A DNA stretch of 64,000 nucleotides from Macrostomum hystrix (lineage: Eukaryota > Animalia > Platyhelminthes): the NCBI GenBank assembly GCA_950097015.1, contig CATNEN010000038.1:18104001-18168000 (forward strand), read 5' to 3'. The position numbers and the translations under genes were made by a program. Numbering within the stretch: position 1 is the stretch's first letter; each line of letters opens with the position of its first letter. Under the pieces are notes generated by a model. That model was not told the DNA's origin and did no database searches. It worked only from the letters and a program-made list of their open reading frames with translations. Shown here one piece after another: positions 24,243 through 37,200 of this stretch.

Positions 24243-24712
24243 GCATTGAGTGTACATTGGGTGAGAAGGTTGGCTTGCAGTGAGTGTACATTCGGGGAGA
24301 GGGTTGGCTGGCATTGAGTGTACATTCGGGGAGAGGGTTGTCTGCCATTGAGTGTACATTGGGGGAGAGGGTTGGCTTGCAGTGAGTGTACATTGGGGGA
24401 GAGGGTTGGCTTGCAGTGAGTGTACATTGGGGGAGAGGGTTGGCTTGCAGTGAGTGTACATTGGGGGAGAGGGTTGGCTGGCATTGAGTGTACATTGGGG
24501 GAGAGGGTTGGCTTGCAGTGAGTGTACATTGGGGGAGAGGGTTGGCTTGCAGTGAGTGTACATTGGGGGAGGGTTGGCTTGCAGTGAGTGTACATTGGGG
24601 GAGAGGGTTGGCTTGCAGTGAGTGTACATTGGGGGAGAGGGTTGGCTTGCAGTGAGTGTACATTGGGGGAGGGTTGGCTTGCAGCGAGTGTACATTGTGG
24701 GAGAGGGTTAGC
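24243..24712. repeat. 34-bp G-rich minisatellite
   Basis: Unit GAGTGTACATTGGGGGAGAGGGTTGGCTTGCAGT. Confidence 0.95.
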
Positions 24713-25461
24713 TAGCCCATATACGATAAATCAGGTACAAGCAAGTGAGACGATGGAAAAAATTACATTGAGGTGGCTTATCTAATTGCTGCGAACTGTT
24801 GCCCAATACGTTAAGTCTGGATATAATATGTGAATTATAGAAAAAATACTCATTTGTAATATTCTAGTGAAAAAAATGAGCACAAAATCACACAAGCAGA
24901 ACGTAATAGAGACATTTAAGCGAATTAATTTTTAAGGTGTTATAATTAAACGATAGAAGCTGAGGGACCTGATAACATTAGATGACACAAAAGCTTATAT
25001 ATATAAATATTCACGCAGAAGACACACGCGAAAACGAGTTAGTTAGCTACTGGCACTATGACGAACAAATCAATGATGATTGGCTGGATTATTTTGCGGC
25101 TATCAGCTAGCCCAGGCTAAAAAGCTTTTTTTCAAAACTTCCTTAAACCAGTAGTTATTAAACTGGATTTTTTGCCGCAAAATGCTACCAAATGTCATTT
25201 TAAGAAAAAACAAACCTGGCGAGACAGAAATACAATTGAAAATGATGAGAAATATTAGCGCTTCTAGGATTAACTAAAAAAACACAATAAATAAAGACAG
25301 ACAGGAACTGCTAAGAGAGGGAGAGAGACACGGTCCTAAATATGACAGAAACCGTTGGTTAAACAAATCTTCTGCAAGCCTGGGCCAATGACGCTGCACA
25401 GCGGGTGTCACGTTTCTGAAATTTAGCGATTCAAGACTGATAATCAGGTTTTATTGGTTTT

Positions 25462-27521
25462 ACTGTTCTAACTGAAGGTCAGGGAACTGTTCTAACTGAA
25501 GGTCAGGGAACTGTTCTAACTGAAGGTTAGGGAACTGTTATAACTGAAGGTTAGGGAACTGTTCTAACTGAAGGTTAGGGAACTGTTCTAACTGAAGGTC
25601 AGGGAACTGTTTTAACTGAAGGTCAGGGAACTGTTCTAACTGAAGGTTAGGGAACTGTTATAACTGAAGGTTAGGGAACTGTTCTAACTGAAGGTCAGGG
25701 AACTGTTCTAACTGCAGGTCAGGGAACTGTTTTAACTGAAGGTCAGGGAACTGTTCTAACTGAAGGTCAGGGAACTGTTCTAACTGAAGGTCAGGGAACT
25801 GTTTTAACTGAAGGTCAGGGAACTGTTCTAACTGAAGGTCAGGGAACTGTTCTAACTGAAGGTCAGGGAACTGTTCTAACTGAAGGTCAGGGAACTGTTA
25901 TAACTGAAGGTCAGGGAACTGTTCTAACTGAAGGTCAGGGAACTGTTTTAACTGAAGGTCAGGGAACTGTTCTAACTGAAGGTCAGGGAACTGTTTTAAC
26001 TGAAGGTCAGGGAACTGTTTTAACTGAAGGTCAGGGAACTGTTCTAACTGAAGGTCAGGGAACTGTTCTAACTGAAGGTCAGGGAACTGTTCTAACTGAA
26101 GGTCAGGGAACTGTTATAACTGAAGGTCAGGGAACTGTTCTAACTGAAGGTCAGGGAACTGTTTTAACTGAAGGTTAGGGAACTGTTCTAACTGAAGGTC
26201 AGGGAACTGTTTTAACTGAAGGTTAGGGAACTGTTCTAACTGAAGGTTAGGGAACTGTTCTAACTGAAGGTTAGGGAACTGTTATAACTGAAGGTTAGGG
26301 AACTGTTCTAACTGAAGGTCAGGGAACTGTTTTAACTGAAGGTCAGGGAACTGTTCTAACTGAAGGTTAGGTAACTGTTCTAACTGAAGGTCAGGGAACT
26401 GTTCTAACTGAAGGTTAGAGAACTGTTTTAACTGAAGGTTAGGGAACTGTTCTAACTGAAGGTCAGGGAACTGTTTTAACTGAAGGTTAGGGAACTGTTC
26501 TAACTGAAGGTTAGGGAACTGTTCTAACTGAAGGTTAGGGAACTGTTATAACTGAAGGTTAGGGAACTGTTCTAACTGAAGGTCAGGGAACTGTTTTAAC
26601 TGAAGGTCAGGGAACTGTTCTAACTGAAGGTTAGGGAACTGTTCTAACTGAAGGTCAGGGAACTGTTATAACTGAAGGTCAGGGAACTGTTCTAACTGAA
26701 GGTCAGGGAACTGTTCTAACTGAAGGTCAGGGAACTGTTTTAACTGAAGGTCAGGGAACTGTTTTAACTGAAGGTCAGGGAACTGTTCTAACTGAAAATC
26801 AGGGAACTGTTCTAACTGAAGGTCAGGGAACTGTTTTAACTGAAAGTCAGGAAACTGTTTTAACTGAAGGTCAGGGAACTGTTTTAACTGAAGGTCAGGG
26901 AACTGTTCTAACTGAAGGTCAGGGAACTGTTCTAACTGAAGGTCAGGGAACTGTTTTAACTGAAAGTCAGGGAACTGTTTTAACTGAAGGTCAGGGAACT
27001 GTTCTAACTGAAGGTCAGGGAACTGTTTTAACTGAAGGTCAGGGAACTGTTCTAACTGAAGGTTAGGGAACTGTTATAACTGAAGGTCAGGGAACTGTTC
27101 TAACTGAAGGTCAGGGAACTGTTCTAACTGAAGGTTAGGGAACTGTTATAACTGAAGGTTAGGGAACTGTTCTCCCTGAAAGTTAGGGAACTGTTCTTCC
27201 TGAAGGTTAGGGAACTGTTATAACTGAAGGTTAGGGAACTGTTCTTCCTGAAGGTTAGGGAACTGTTCTCCCTGAAGGTTAGGGAACTGTTTGAACTGAA
27301 CGTTAGGGAACTGTTCTCCCTGAAGGTTAGGGAACTGTTATAACTGAAGGTTAGGGAACTGTTCTCCCTGAGGGTTAGGGAACTGTCCTCCCTGAAGGTT
27401 AGGGAACTGTTTGAACTGAACGTTAGGGAACTGTTCTCCCTGAAGGTTAGGGAACTGTTATAACTGAAGGTTAGGGAACTGTTCTCCCTGAGGGTTAGGG
27501 AACTGTCCTCCCTGAAGGTTA
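25462..27521. repeat. 24-bp minisatellite (ACTGTTCTAACTGAAGGTYAGGGA), about 85 copies
   Basis: Visible tandem array with a distinct variant block at the right end. Confidence 0.97.
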
Positions 27522-27785
27522 CTATTTAGTAATTATAAATTATCTCTACTTTAGATATAAACTTAAATCAATTATTTTTAAACTTACCCGATTTCCTGCA
27601 GATTCCGATAATTTCCGCTGAATATTACTATATAAGTAGCAATCGTAGTAAAAAATCATGTAGCTACCCAGAATCAGTATAGTGTCAGGGCTTTCTCAAT
27701 ATACTATTTTAATAATTTCAATTTTATAAATAATAATAAATATAAATATAAATTTTTGTCAATTCGCAACAAAGCACAGATTTTT

Positions 27786-30700
27786 TCAATTTTCTTCTGT
27801 AGCTGGCGCCGTTAGTCGCTTGTAGGTCTCCTCAATGATTGGGATTCTGAAATGGGAAGTAAGTGTTACAAGAATGATTTGAATTTTTGGAAAGTGAAAA
27901 GTACAAATTTAGGAACTTATGGAGTTAAAAGTTCATTTCTGGGATCTTAGCAGTTGCATGTAAATTTTGAAGACATTTATTGATTACAATTTGAGGATCT
28001 GTAAAATCTAAGTAAATCGAAGGTTCTGAGAAGTTAAAATAAGGATTGGAAGATCTGGGATGATCAACATTGCAAATTCTGTTAACTGACTTGCTGGCCA
28101 GGCCGCCACCAGCTGGCATGGTCTCATTCTGCAGCTTTTCCTTCACATGGCTGAAAAGTTGCATGAGATCCAGGTTGGGCGAGGCCTCCATCTTGGACTC
28201 GACGGCTTCGACAATCTTGGCATTGAGCTGCTTATCGGCCTCCACAGCAGCTGGGTCAACCTGCGTGATTGGTGTGCGGGTTAAGCTTAAATAAAAGCTT
28301 GGACCTAAGACCAGATTAAGATCCACTAATTCAATGGGATTTCCCACCAATTTACTACACCAAATCAACATTCCTTGGGATTTCCCACCAATTTACTACA
28401 CCAAATCAACATTCCTTGGGATTTCCCACCAATTTACTACACCAAATCAACATTCCTTGGGATTTCCCACCAATTTAAAACACCAAATCAACATTCTTTG
28501 GGATTTCCCACCAATTTAAAACACCAAATCAACATTCCTTGGGATTTCCCACCAATTTACTACACCAAATCAACATTCTTTGGGATTTCCCACCAATTTA
28601 CAACACCAAATCAACATTCCTTGGGATTTCCCACCAATTTACTACACCAAATCAACATTCCTTGGGATTTCCCACCAATTTACTACACCAAATCAACATT
28701 CTTTGGGATTTCCCACCAATTTACTACACCAAATCAACATTCTTTGGGATTTCCCACCAATTTACAACACCAAATCAACATTCTTTGGGATTTCCCACCA
28801 ATTTACTACACCAAATCAACATTCCTTGGGATTTCCCACCAATTTACTACACCAAATCAACATTCTTTGGGATTTCCCACCAATTTACAACACCAGATCA
28901 ACATTCTTTGGGATTCCCCACCAATTTACTACACCAGATCAACATTCTTTGGGATTTCCCACCAATTTAAAACACCAGATCAACATTCTTTGGGATTCCC
29001 CACCAATTTAAAACACCAGATCAACATTCTTTGGGATTCCCCACCAATTTACAACACCAGATCAACATTCTTTGGGATTCCCCACCAATTTACTACACCA
29101 GCTAAAGTTTTTGCCTGTCTCTTCTGTCAATAAAAAAGTCATACAGACCTTTGGCGCATTGTCAAAGGCGATGATGATAACGCTCATATTGTCGCGACTG
29201 CCTTTGTGCAGACAGGTGTCAACAATTTCGTTGCAAACGTGCGACAGATTGTCTGAGACGCGGTTTCGATGCAGCAGGAAGCTGCACAGATCGTCGTTGG
29301 TCATGACGTCCCAGATGCCATCGCAGGCCAACACCGCGAATTGGTCGGTAGCGAAGTCGCGATTGATGGCGAATATCTCCGGCTCCGGCGAGACCAGCTG
29401 CTCCGTGGCGGTGCGACCTTCCACATTCTTGTATTCGAAGTCGCCTAGTGACCTACTGACAGCCAGTGAGCCGTTTACCTGAGTGAAGCAAACAAACAAT
29501 CAGTGTCTGAGTTTATTCGGCTTATAAAGAGTAAGAATAATACTAGAGATCATGCACATGAGGTTCTTCGAAGAGGTACTTCGAAGAAAAGGTTGTTAGC
29601 CTTGTGGTTAGAGCGGACTCACGACTTGAAGGTCGGGGGTTCGATTCCCGACTCCATTGGAGCAATTTGTGTCCTTTAGCAAGACACTAACTATGTATTG
29701 CTTCAGTTCACCCAGCTGTTGAATGGGTGCCAGTATTAGCTAAGGTAATTGAGGGTGGGTGTGGCGTCCCCTCAGTCCATGGACTGAACAGCCGTACGCA
29801 GTCTTCAAATTATTATTATATTATCATTATTACAATTATCATTGGGCTGAAGATCAATAAAGGTAGCATTGGATAGGCCATAAGACTCCACAGTATGAAA
29901 TGTAGTGTGTGTGTGTGCTAAGGATTAGCGGAATGGGTAGAAACATTCAACAGTAGCTAACCCGCTGAATCATGACGGAGCCTCCAGCCTTCTGAATTCT
30001 CTCTCTTTCTCCCGGATTAATTGGTTTATGATCCGTAGTGGCCAGGACGACCCGATCGTCTCGAATGAGTACACCGCGAGAGTCGCCGCAATTGGCAAAG
30101 AAAATGTGCGACGGCGAGATCAGGACGCACACGGCGGTGCTGCCGCTCTTATCCTCGCCGATTTCAACCTGATTAGGGAGATTAGAGTGAGGTGGGCCAG
30201 GTGAAGATTTAGTAGGCTACGGCTACTGGGAAGTCATTGAAGATAAAGTGGGCTAATGATGGGCTACTGGGAAGTCATTGAAGATAAAGTGGGCTAATGA
30301 TGGGCTACTGGGAAGTCATTGAAGATAAAGTGGGCTAATGATGGGCTACTGGGAAGTCATTGAAGATAAAGTGGGCTAATGATGGGCTACTGGGAAGTCA
30401 TTGAAGATTAGATAAAGTGGGCTACTGATGGGCTACTGGGAAGTCATTGAAGATTAGATAAAGTGGGCTACTGATGGGCTACTGGGAAGTCATTGAAGAT
30501 AAGATAAAGTTGGCTAATGATGGGCTACTGAGAAGTCATTGATTGTTGCATACTAGCAGTATGGTTTAAGAATCGCTACATATTTTGCCTAGTTACTATG
30601 AGTAAGCAAATATAGTACAGGGCAATTGAAAAACCTCGGGAATGCGTCTCATGCGACTATCAAGACTCAAGAAGCCATCTGTGATGCCACGCTTCACATC

Positions 30701-30991
30701 CTCCAATGGCGGCGCAGTCTCAGGGTCCAAATTGCGAAAATCTTCTGTCTCAACAATGGCATTGAGTAGTTGCTCAGCGCAATAGGCGCTAATCCTAGCA
30801 CCAGCATGTCCATCAAACACAGCAAAGAATGACCATTTGGCCAGGTTGCCAGGCAGCCCAGTGACTGCGCAATGAGCGTCCTCCATCTCTATGCGCCAAC
30901 CCTGCATGCTGGATAGGCCATAGACTAGGCCATTGCCATGACCTGATTCATTCACTTTGTCGGTCTTAGGCTTGTCAAGAAATGCGCCCAT
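27786..30991 (-). CDS. PPM1A: Protein phosphatase 2C, PPM1A/PPM1B type; exons 30991-30635, 30168-29962, 29478-29149, 28260-28091, 27846-27786
   Basis: [10 protein letters not shown]-terminus, [58 protein letters not shown] and the PP2C C-terminal domain (PAGGGLASK). Splice phases are consistent. Paralogue A versus B cannot be resolved. Confidence 0.95.
28335..29101. repeat. 41-bp minisatellite in a PPM1 intron
   Basis: Unit TGGGATTTCCCACCAATTTACTACACCAAATCAACATTCCT. Confidence 0.96.
29589..29830 (+). mobile_element. SINE family A, near full length
   Basis: tRNA-like head (TAGCCTTGTGG..GGTTCGATTCC), CORE-like middle and (ATT)n tail. Confidence 0.88.
30221..30543. repeat. 41-45-bp minisatellite in a PPM1 intron
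   Basis: Unit GGGCTACTGGGAAGTCATTGAAGATAAAGTGGGCTAATGAT. Confidence 0.93.
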
Positions 30992-33345
30992 GTTAAAGAT
31001 ATATCTTTGAAGAATTTTAACTATTTGTATAGTGAGACTTCTTCTTAGGTAGCTGAAAGAATATAAGTGTTGAGAATATGTACAGTAGTACTTATATTAC
31101 AGTACTGTAGAGTACAGTACACTATGTATGGAACAAACAAACTTCCATATTATAGTTTAATATGCAAAATTGCAAAAACATACTATACAGTTTTAGTAAA
31201 AAAATCATTTTTACATCTCATCTTTAGAATAATAGTTGCTCACATAAAAAGTAACTCAACTTCACTTGCAATGGAAGTTGCACTCATTTTAACTTATGTT
31301 TTTAATTGTGTCAAAATGTATTAAAAGTTGCATTATAATTCTAATAGTTTTGAAAGAGTTATTTTTTCTAATAGCCTATTTATTTTACTAAGTGTAACCT
31401 TGTGTTAACACAAAAACATAATTTTGAAATGGTCACAAAAATCCAAGTAAATGAACTATTAGAAAATTTGTTATAGCAGGATAGGCATCACAAGTTATTA
31501 TTGCATAAAATATATTTATTATTGCCTAAGCAGCAGTGTTATCTTGACATTAGCAAACTTTCAAACAAATTTTCTTAGGTCTGTGCTATCTGTTCGTTAG
31601 TCCTGATCCAGATTTTTGTGTGTCTGTCTGTCTGTCTTTTAGTTAGTGCTTTATAAAAAGTTTTAGAAAGACAAAAGATGTATTTTTAGGCATAAATATT
31701 AGATTTTTTACTGAAAACTATTTTCTCAAGTTTAGGTTTTTACAAAACTCGAATAGTTTGGTTAAAAAGGAATTTATTTTCTTACAAGTTACACTATATT
31801 TTAGTAAAATCGGATGATTAACTAAATATTTTCTGGATTGAAATTTCTTAAGGTTGTTGACTACTTAATGACAATTTTTTTTTTATTGAATTTCTTTCAA
31901 ATCAACCAATTTGCAAAAAATGTAGACACTAGCTTCAGCTAAAATGCAGCTTTCTGGTTGAAAAAAAAGCAAATAAAAAAGTTACATGATATAAAAGTTT
32001 TCAGTGTTTTCTCCAAATAGTATATCAGAATTTCCTATTTACTAAGCATATTTTTTGTTTTTATCAAGTATATAATGTGGCTATATTTATATTAGCTTGA
32101 ATGGCTAATGAAACGGATTTATTATTACATTGCTCCATTACTTTGGTTGTCCTAAACTCAAATTGCTGAAAGTCTTGGTTGTGCCATTGATGCCAAGAAA
32201 TGGAATCTGCAAAAATTATGAGGGACAGAGTATTGGTATTGTTTTAGATTCCTACTCTTAATTATGTTAATAAATTTTAAGATACTAATTTTTACTTATA
32301 AATATAACCCTAACAACCTAGACCAAGGCCAACACAAATACTATCATTTAATCAAGGTATGCGGGCCCTCTGCAAGTTGACATCTTGTGCTATATGCATG
32401 TATTCAACAACAACCTAAGAAGATGTAATATACAGATTTTGTGGCACCAAGTCTTCTCCAAGTATTAGTTTGGCAATATCCTATATTAAGTTTTACATTA
32501 TTATCCTTGGTAACTCTCAGTCTTAATTGACTTATTCTCATGACTTCACTTGACTATACTCCTTAGGCTTAGACTAGAGGCCTCATGGGTTTTAGGGTCC
32601 TATTGATCAGTTATAAGGTGCATGTTAAAATAATTGAAAGCTCAAAGCTAGAGGTTTGAATCACAATTGATCACCACAGAGGCTTTGTTTTTATAATGCC
32701 ATGGCTGAAATTTAAACTAAAGACAAAACAGTTAGTTCCTTTAAACCAAAACTACAAAAATGGCCCCTTAGTGCCCAAGTGGTACCCTAAAACAAAACTA
32801 AGAGTAGGCCCTATCTAGTGGCCCGCTAATCTTCAATAATTATGTAATAAATGTAGTTGTGGTTGCCGCACTTTTGAATTTACCAACATGAAGATTTTGT
32901 TGAAAAGATTGAGATAATGATAATATGAGATTATTATGTTAATGTTTATTTGACGACAAGGAACTGAGTGACGAACTACGACGACAAACTGAATTGAGTG
33001 ACTTGATCCCTGAGAACGCCCCCCAGAAAAGACGTGCAAAACTGATTAAATTATCAGCAGCTTAAATATTAGCATAACAAAGTATTAACATTAAAATACA
33101 GAAGACGGTTTAAATATTAGGTGGACATACATTATAAATCATGATTTAGTTTAAACAATTGCACTATTTTGAGGGAAAGGGACAATTTCATTACAATTAT
33201 ATATTCTAAAAACCTTAGGCCCCTAGGCCTACCATAGCTAAACTAGCTATCCAAAAGCAAGACTAGCCCTTCATCACCAATCTCATATCAACCAATGTTC
33301 CTGTCAAACCTAGTTCGGCCTACTTAGCTACTAGCAAAACCACTA

Positions 33346-34287
33346 GGGTAATGTATCATCAACCGAACAGTGTATCATCAAAACTGAACAAAAATTTTGA
33401 CTCCTTCCTTGGTCTTGTGCAAGACAGAAACAAGCTATTGTGTTTCATAGAACAACTAATTTGAAAGTTGAAGAAATTATCTACAAGCTGAGGCATGATG
33501 TGCAATGAAGCATTAAGACGAAAGAAAGATATTGATGTTTCAGTAGACATTTTTATTGCAAAAGCATACTTTTTAACATTTTTCAGTCTGTACTTTAGAC
33601 GAAGATTGTATATGGTTGCTTGCCAATTAAATGACCATAAATGTAGTTATTTATAGAGCATGAAAAATGCTTTCAAATGACATAATTCATGATAGTTCAC
33701 TCATTAAAATAAGATTAAACCACTCACTCAAATTGTAAAACCAAACAATAAATTCTCTGTTTGGTTTGAAGATACATGAAAATCATTGTTTGGTTTTAGA
33801 TAAAAAGCAAGAATAGGCCCTAACTTTTTTTCTATTTGACAAAATAGCAAAGCAGATACTTTTTAGAAAGATGTAACTGTTTTCTATAACTTGGCTTTTG
33901 ATTTATCATCATATCTTAAATAGAAAATCTGTAGCTTAGGTTTGAAGTTAAAAAAATACACATTCTTATTTGGTTGATGATCATACATGCGCAACACCCG
34001 GCCGACCCGGCCGAACTGGCCGGGTGAAACGAGGGCCAAGCAAGGTAAGTCGCAAAAACCAATTGACCAAGCGCAAAAAAATCAAAGGGGGGACCAAGGG
34101 ACAAAAAAGGAAGGCGTGAAGAAAAGGAAAAAGGGGAGAGAAAAAGAGAGCAAATGAGAGCAAACTAAGTCGTAAATAGAGCAATGAAATGAACTAAGTC
34201 GCAAATGAGAGCAAAAACTAAGTCGCACGGCCGGCTAAGATTTGGGAGGTTGCGCATGTATGGTTGATGATACATTAGGGCCTACCC
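33346..34287. mobile_element. Second copy of MITE-A, carrying a nested insertion and two micro-insertions
   Basis: Colinear with 5301-5941 along its length. Confidence 0.9.
33982..34262. mobile_element. Nested MITE inside the right TIR of MITE-A
   Basis: 14-bp TIR CATACATGCGCAAC; 9-bp TSD GTTGATGAT; the empty site is visible in the copy at 5301-5941. Confidence 0.9.
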
Positions 34288-37200
34288 TAAGGCCTAGCAA
34301 AACCACTAATGTAACATTAATTTAGTTACAGAAATTGTGTATAATCTAATCATAGCTAGTAACTAATTAAGTTGATAACTTGCTATGGCAATGAAATTAA
34401 GTTTAGGCTTAGCAAATAGCCAAATCTAATAGGGTCTAGCTAGGCTAGTAGGCCCTAGCTAATTTTACAAGGCCAAGCTAAACTTCATCAGGACTAGCAC
34501 TAATCGGATGATCCTATTTTGATGATGATCTGATAGAGACCATGATCCATGCATTAGTGGCTATTAGGTCTAGGCATTTCAATTTAATTATAAATTTTAG
34601 GCCTAGGCTAGGGGCCTAGTTCAATAAAAATGTCTCTCATATTTTCTAAATATTAATTAGGCATAACAAGGTCTAAACTAGGCCAATATACACACAACAC
34701 ACAAACACACATCCATGCAGTCACAGTGGTATGCACATGACATACACTACACCAAGCCTGGCCTAGGCGGCTGGCTAGCTAGATAGCCTACCTAGCTTAC
34801 TGGAAGTGAAACCAGAACTAGTATAAATAGAACCAATAAAACACAGGACACAGCTGATCGGTACTGATAACTAGACATATGTTACAATGTGCATTGTGCC
34901 GCTACAATGCACATTGCAGAACAGAGAGATAAAACTTCTCAACAGGTCGCTAGCTACAGCCCTCAAATACAAAGTAGGTTGCTAGGCTAGGCCTAGCTTC
35001 GAGAGTCCGTGAGTGACTTGACTTGTACGACGAGTTCTAGAGCTACATTACTTTAAAATTTTCGGACCATACGGAAAGCCATAGCTTTTTTATGCATACT
35101 GAGAGATAACACTAACAATGCCCACACAAATTAGGAGAAAATTAATTGTAGAACACTAGTGACCCAATTAACGTTAAATATTAATAGACGCGATAAATAT
35201 AGAACTCTTAACGAATAAAACCATTATTGAAAAGGGTATATATAATAAAACCCGGTGTATGTCGTCACTGCTTCCAGATAAACAAGTTTTGAAATCCTAG
35301 GGCGAATAAAAAATTCGCACATCTGTACCTAAAAACTGTTATTTCAAATAAAGCTGAATTAACATTGCTAGTCAATTATACTACGAGTAAAATGAAACCC
35401 ATATACGATTTGTGTGTGTCAATTCACTCAATGTAAAAAGTTTACAGTAGTATTCTCATTGTTCTATGAGAATGCGTTGTCTGATTTTCGCGATTCGTTT
35501 TCTAGAAGAGTTGCCTTCTAAGCAAAATTGAACATTGTTGATTTACAACTGTACATACATTGTAATTTTATGATAATTAGCTTCATTCAGGCTTTAAATT
35601 GAAGGTCGAAATTCGAAAAAACGGTTTCTAATTCAGCTATACTTTTAAGGTCACTTTTTGCATTTTTAGAGTAGGTCCAGACACTATCAGTTTTATTAGA
35701 TTGTATCGGTGCTTTTTCTCGCCCGCGCGTGGGTTATTAGCACAGATGGCCCGATACCGCCAATTGAATGGGATTGCGTCACTGCTTTTAGCACCCGTAC
35801 GTGCAGCGTTTATTTATGGCGATACATGTAGTGATATGGTCTATTTGCTGATTAAGTGATTAGATTTGAATAAGTAAAACGTACATAGCATAGGCTCTTA
35901 TGATGCTCAATGCTAGCGACAACTCTCCTCCTCCTTTAGCTGTCGCTGAAAACTGCAGCCTATTGTCAATCCTTGAAACGCCTTTGATGATTGTGCCGCT
36001 TTCTTTTCATCTAGCTCTGAAGTTTTCAAAGAAGTTCTATTATTTTGCAGAATGCATGTCAAATTCAGCATCAGTTAATTTTGTCACTGCTTCTTTTTCT
36101 TCTAATCTTCTTTTCTTTCATCAACAGTTAAAAACGTAAGTTCCTGATTATCATTTTTATTAGGCTTTTGGGTTCAAGAATAAATAGTAAGCGCTTTCGT
36201 TTACCTATAATGTCAAAGCAAATATTTGTTTTCTTTTTTATTACTCTTCCGCTGTGAGAAAAGAATATAAGTTTATTCAAAGCTCTAGCAGAAAGTGTTA
36301 TTCGATTATAAACTAAGGAATGATTTTTTGAACACAAGCTGCAAGCTTTTCAATTGAAAACCAGGAGAAAATCATAGCTAATGGTGTTATTCTTTTTAAA
36401 AGTAAGCGTTTCCTCTAGCAGGGCAGCAATCACTTTTTATATTTTGAAAGCATTATGTTTCGAAGAAAAACATGAAACAAAAAAATTAATCGATAGATAT
36501 CAATCGATAGCAAGCATGAGATATCAAGTTAAATGCTTGTAATTCGTGGAGAAAAGCATTAGATAACTAGGGAATATGATGATTTCTTGAAGAGATAGCG
36601 TGAGATTTCCAGGAGTAAGGAGCGAGATTTCCAGAGGATAACGTATTACTTTGTGACGCTCTCGGTGTGGACCCAGGTGAAATAAATAACGACAAACACG
36701 GCGAAGATTTGTGTAGAGGGCGATGTCGAATATTATTATTGGCTCGCTCGTTATTAGCGTTGTTAATAATAGAATATAGGGTTGAATCCCTTCTTGCACT
36801 GTGGCAGGCAACAATTATGAAGTGAGGATATCAGAGCAGAGGCTGGGATGCCGGTGGCTAAGGCGTGGCGTAATCGTATGGAGGCACTGCTAAGACTAGA
36901 AGGCTAGGTGCCGTGGCACATTGGGTTCAGGACACTCACTACGCTAAGGAGTAGAGCGGCGGAAGTGGAGCGGAGCGGCGGAAGGCGGCTAAGCGCCGTA
37001 AGCGGACAGATAGGCAGATAAGGAGCGGGCTGGAGGTGGGCGCACAAACAGAAGCCTGAATTTGACCCGGCATAATTTATCCCGGGCCTTACAATTGGCT
37101 CGCGCAAAAATGCTAACTATAACAATAAATTATCGATCGCAGAGTACATAGAGCTTCCGGTCGCATTGCACAAATTGAAATGGTCTTCTCGTACTCTAAC

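Noticed and set aside
29589-29660. tRNA genes at the SINE heads (also 13213-13268, 18677, 45893, 47611)
   Set aside because: A/B boxes are present but no complete cloverleaf; most continue into a shared SINE body.
36840-37110. GC-rich segment as the PPM1 promoter or first exon
   Set aside because: Plausible (CCAAT-like motif, GC-rich) but without splice or transcript evidence to support a call.
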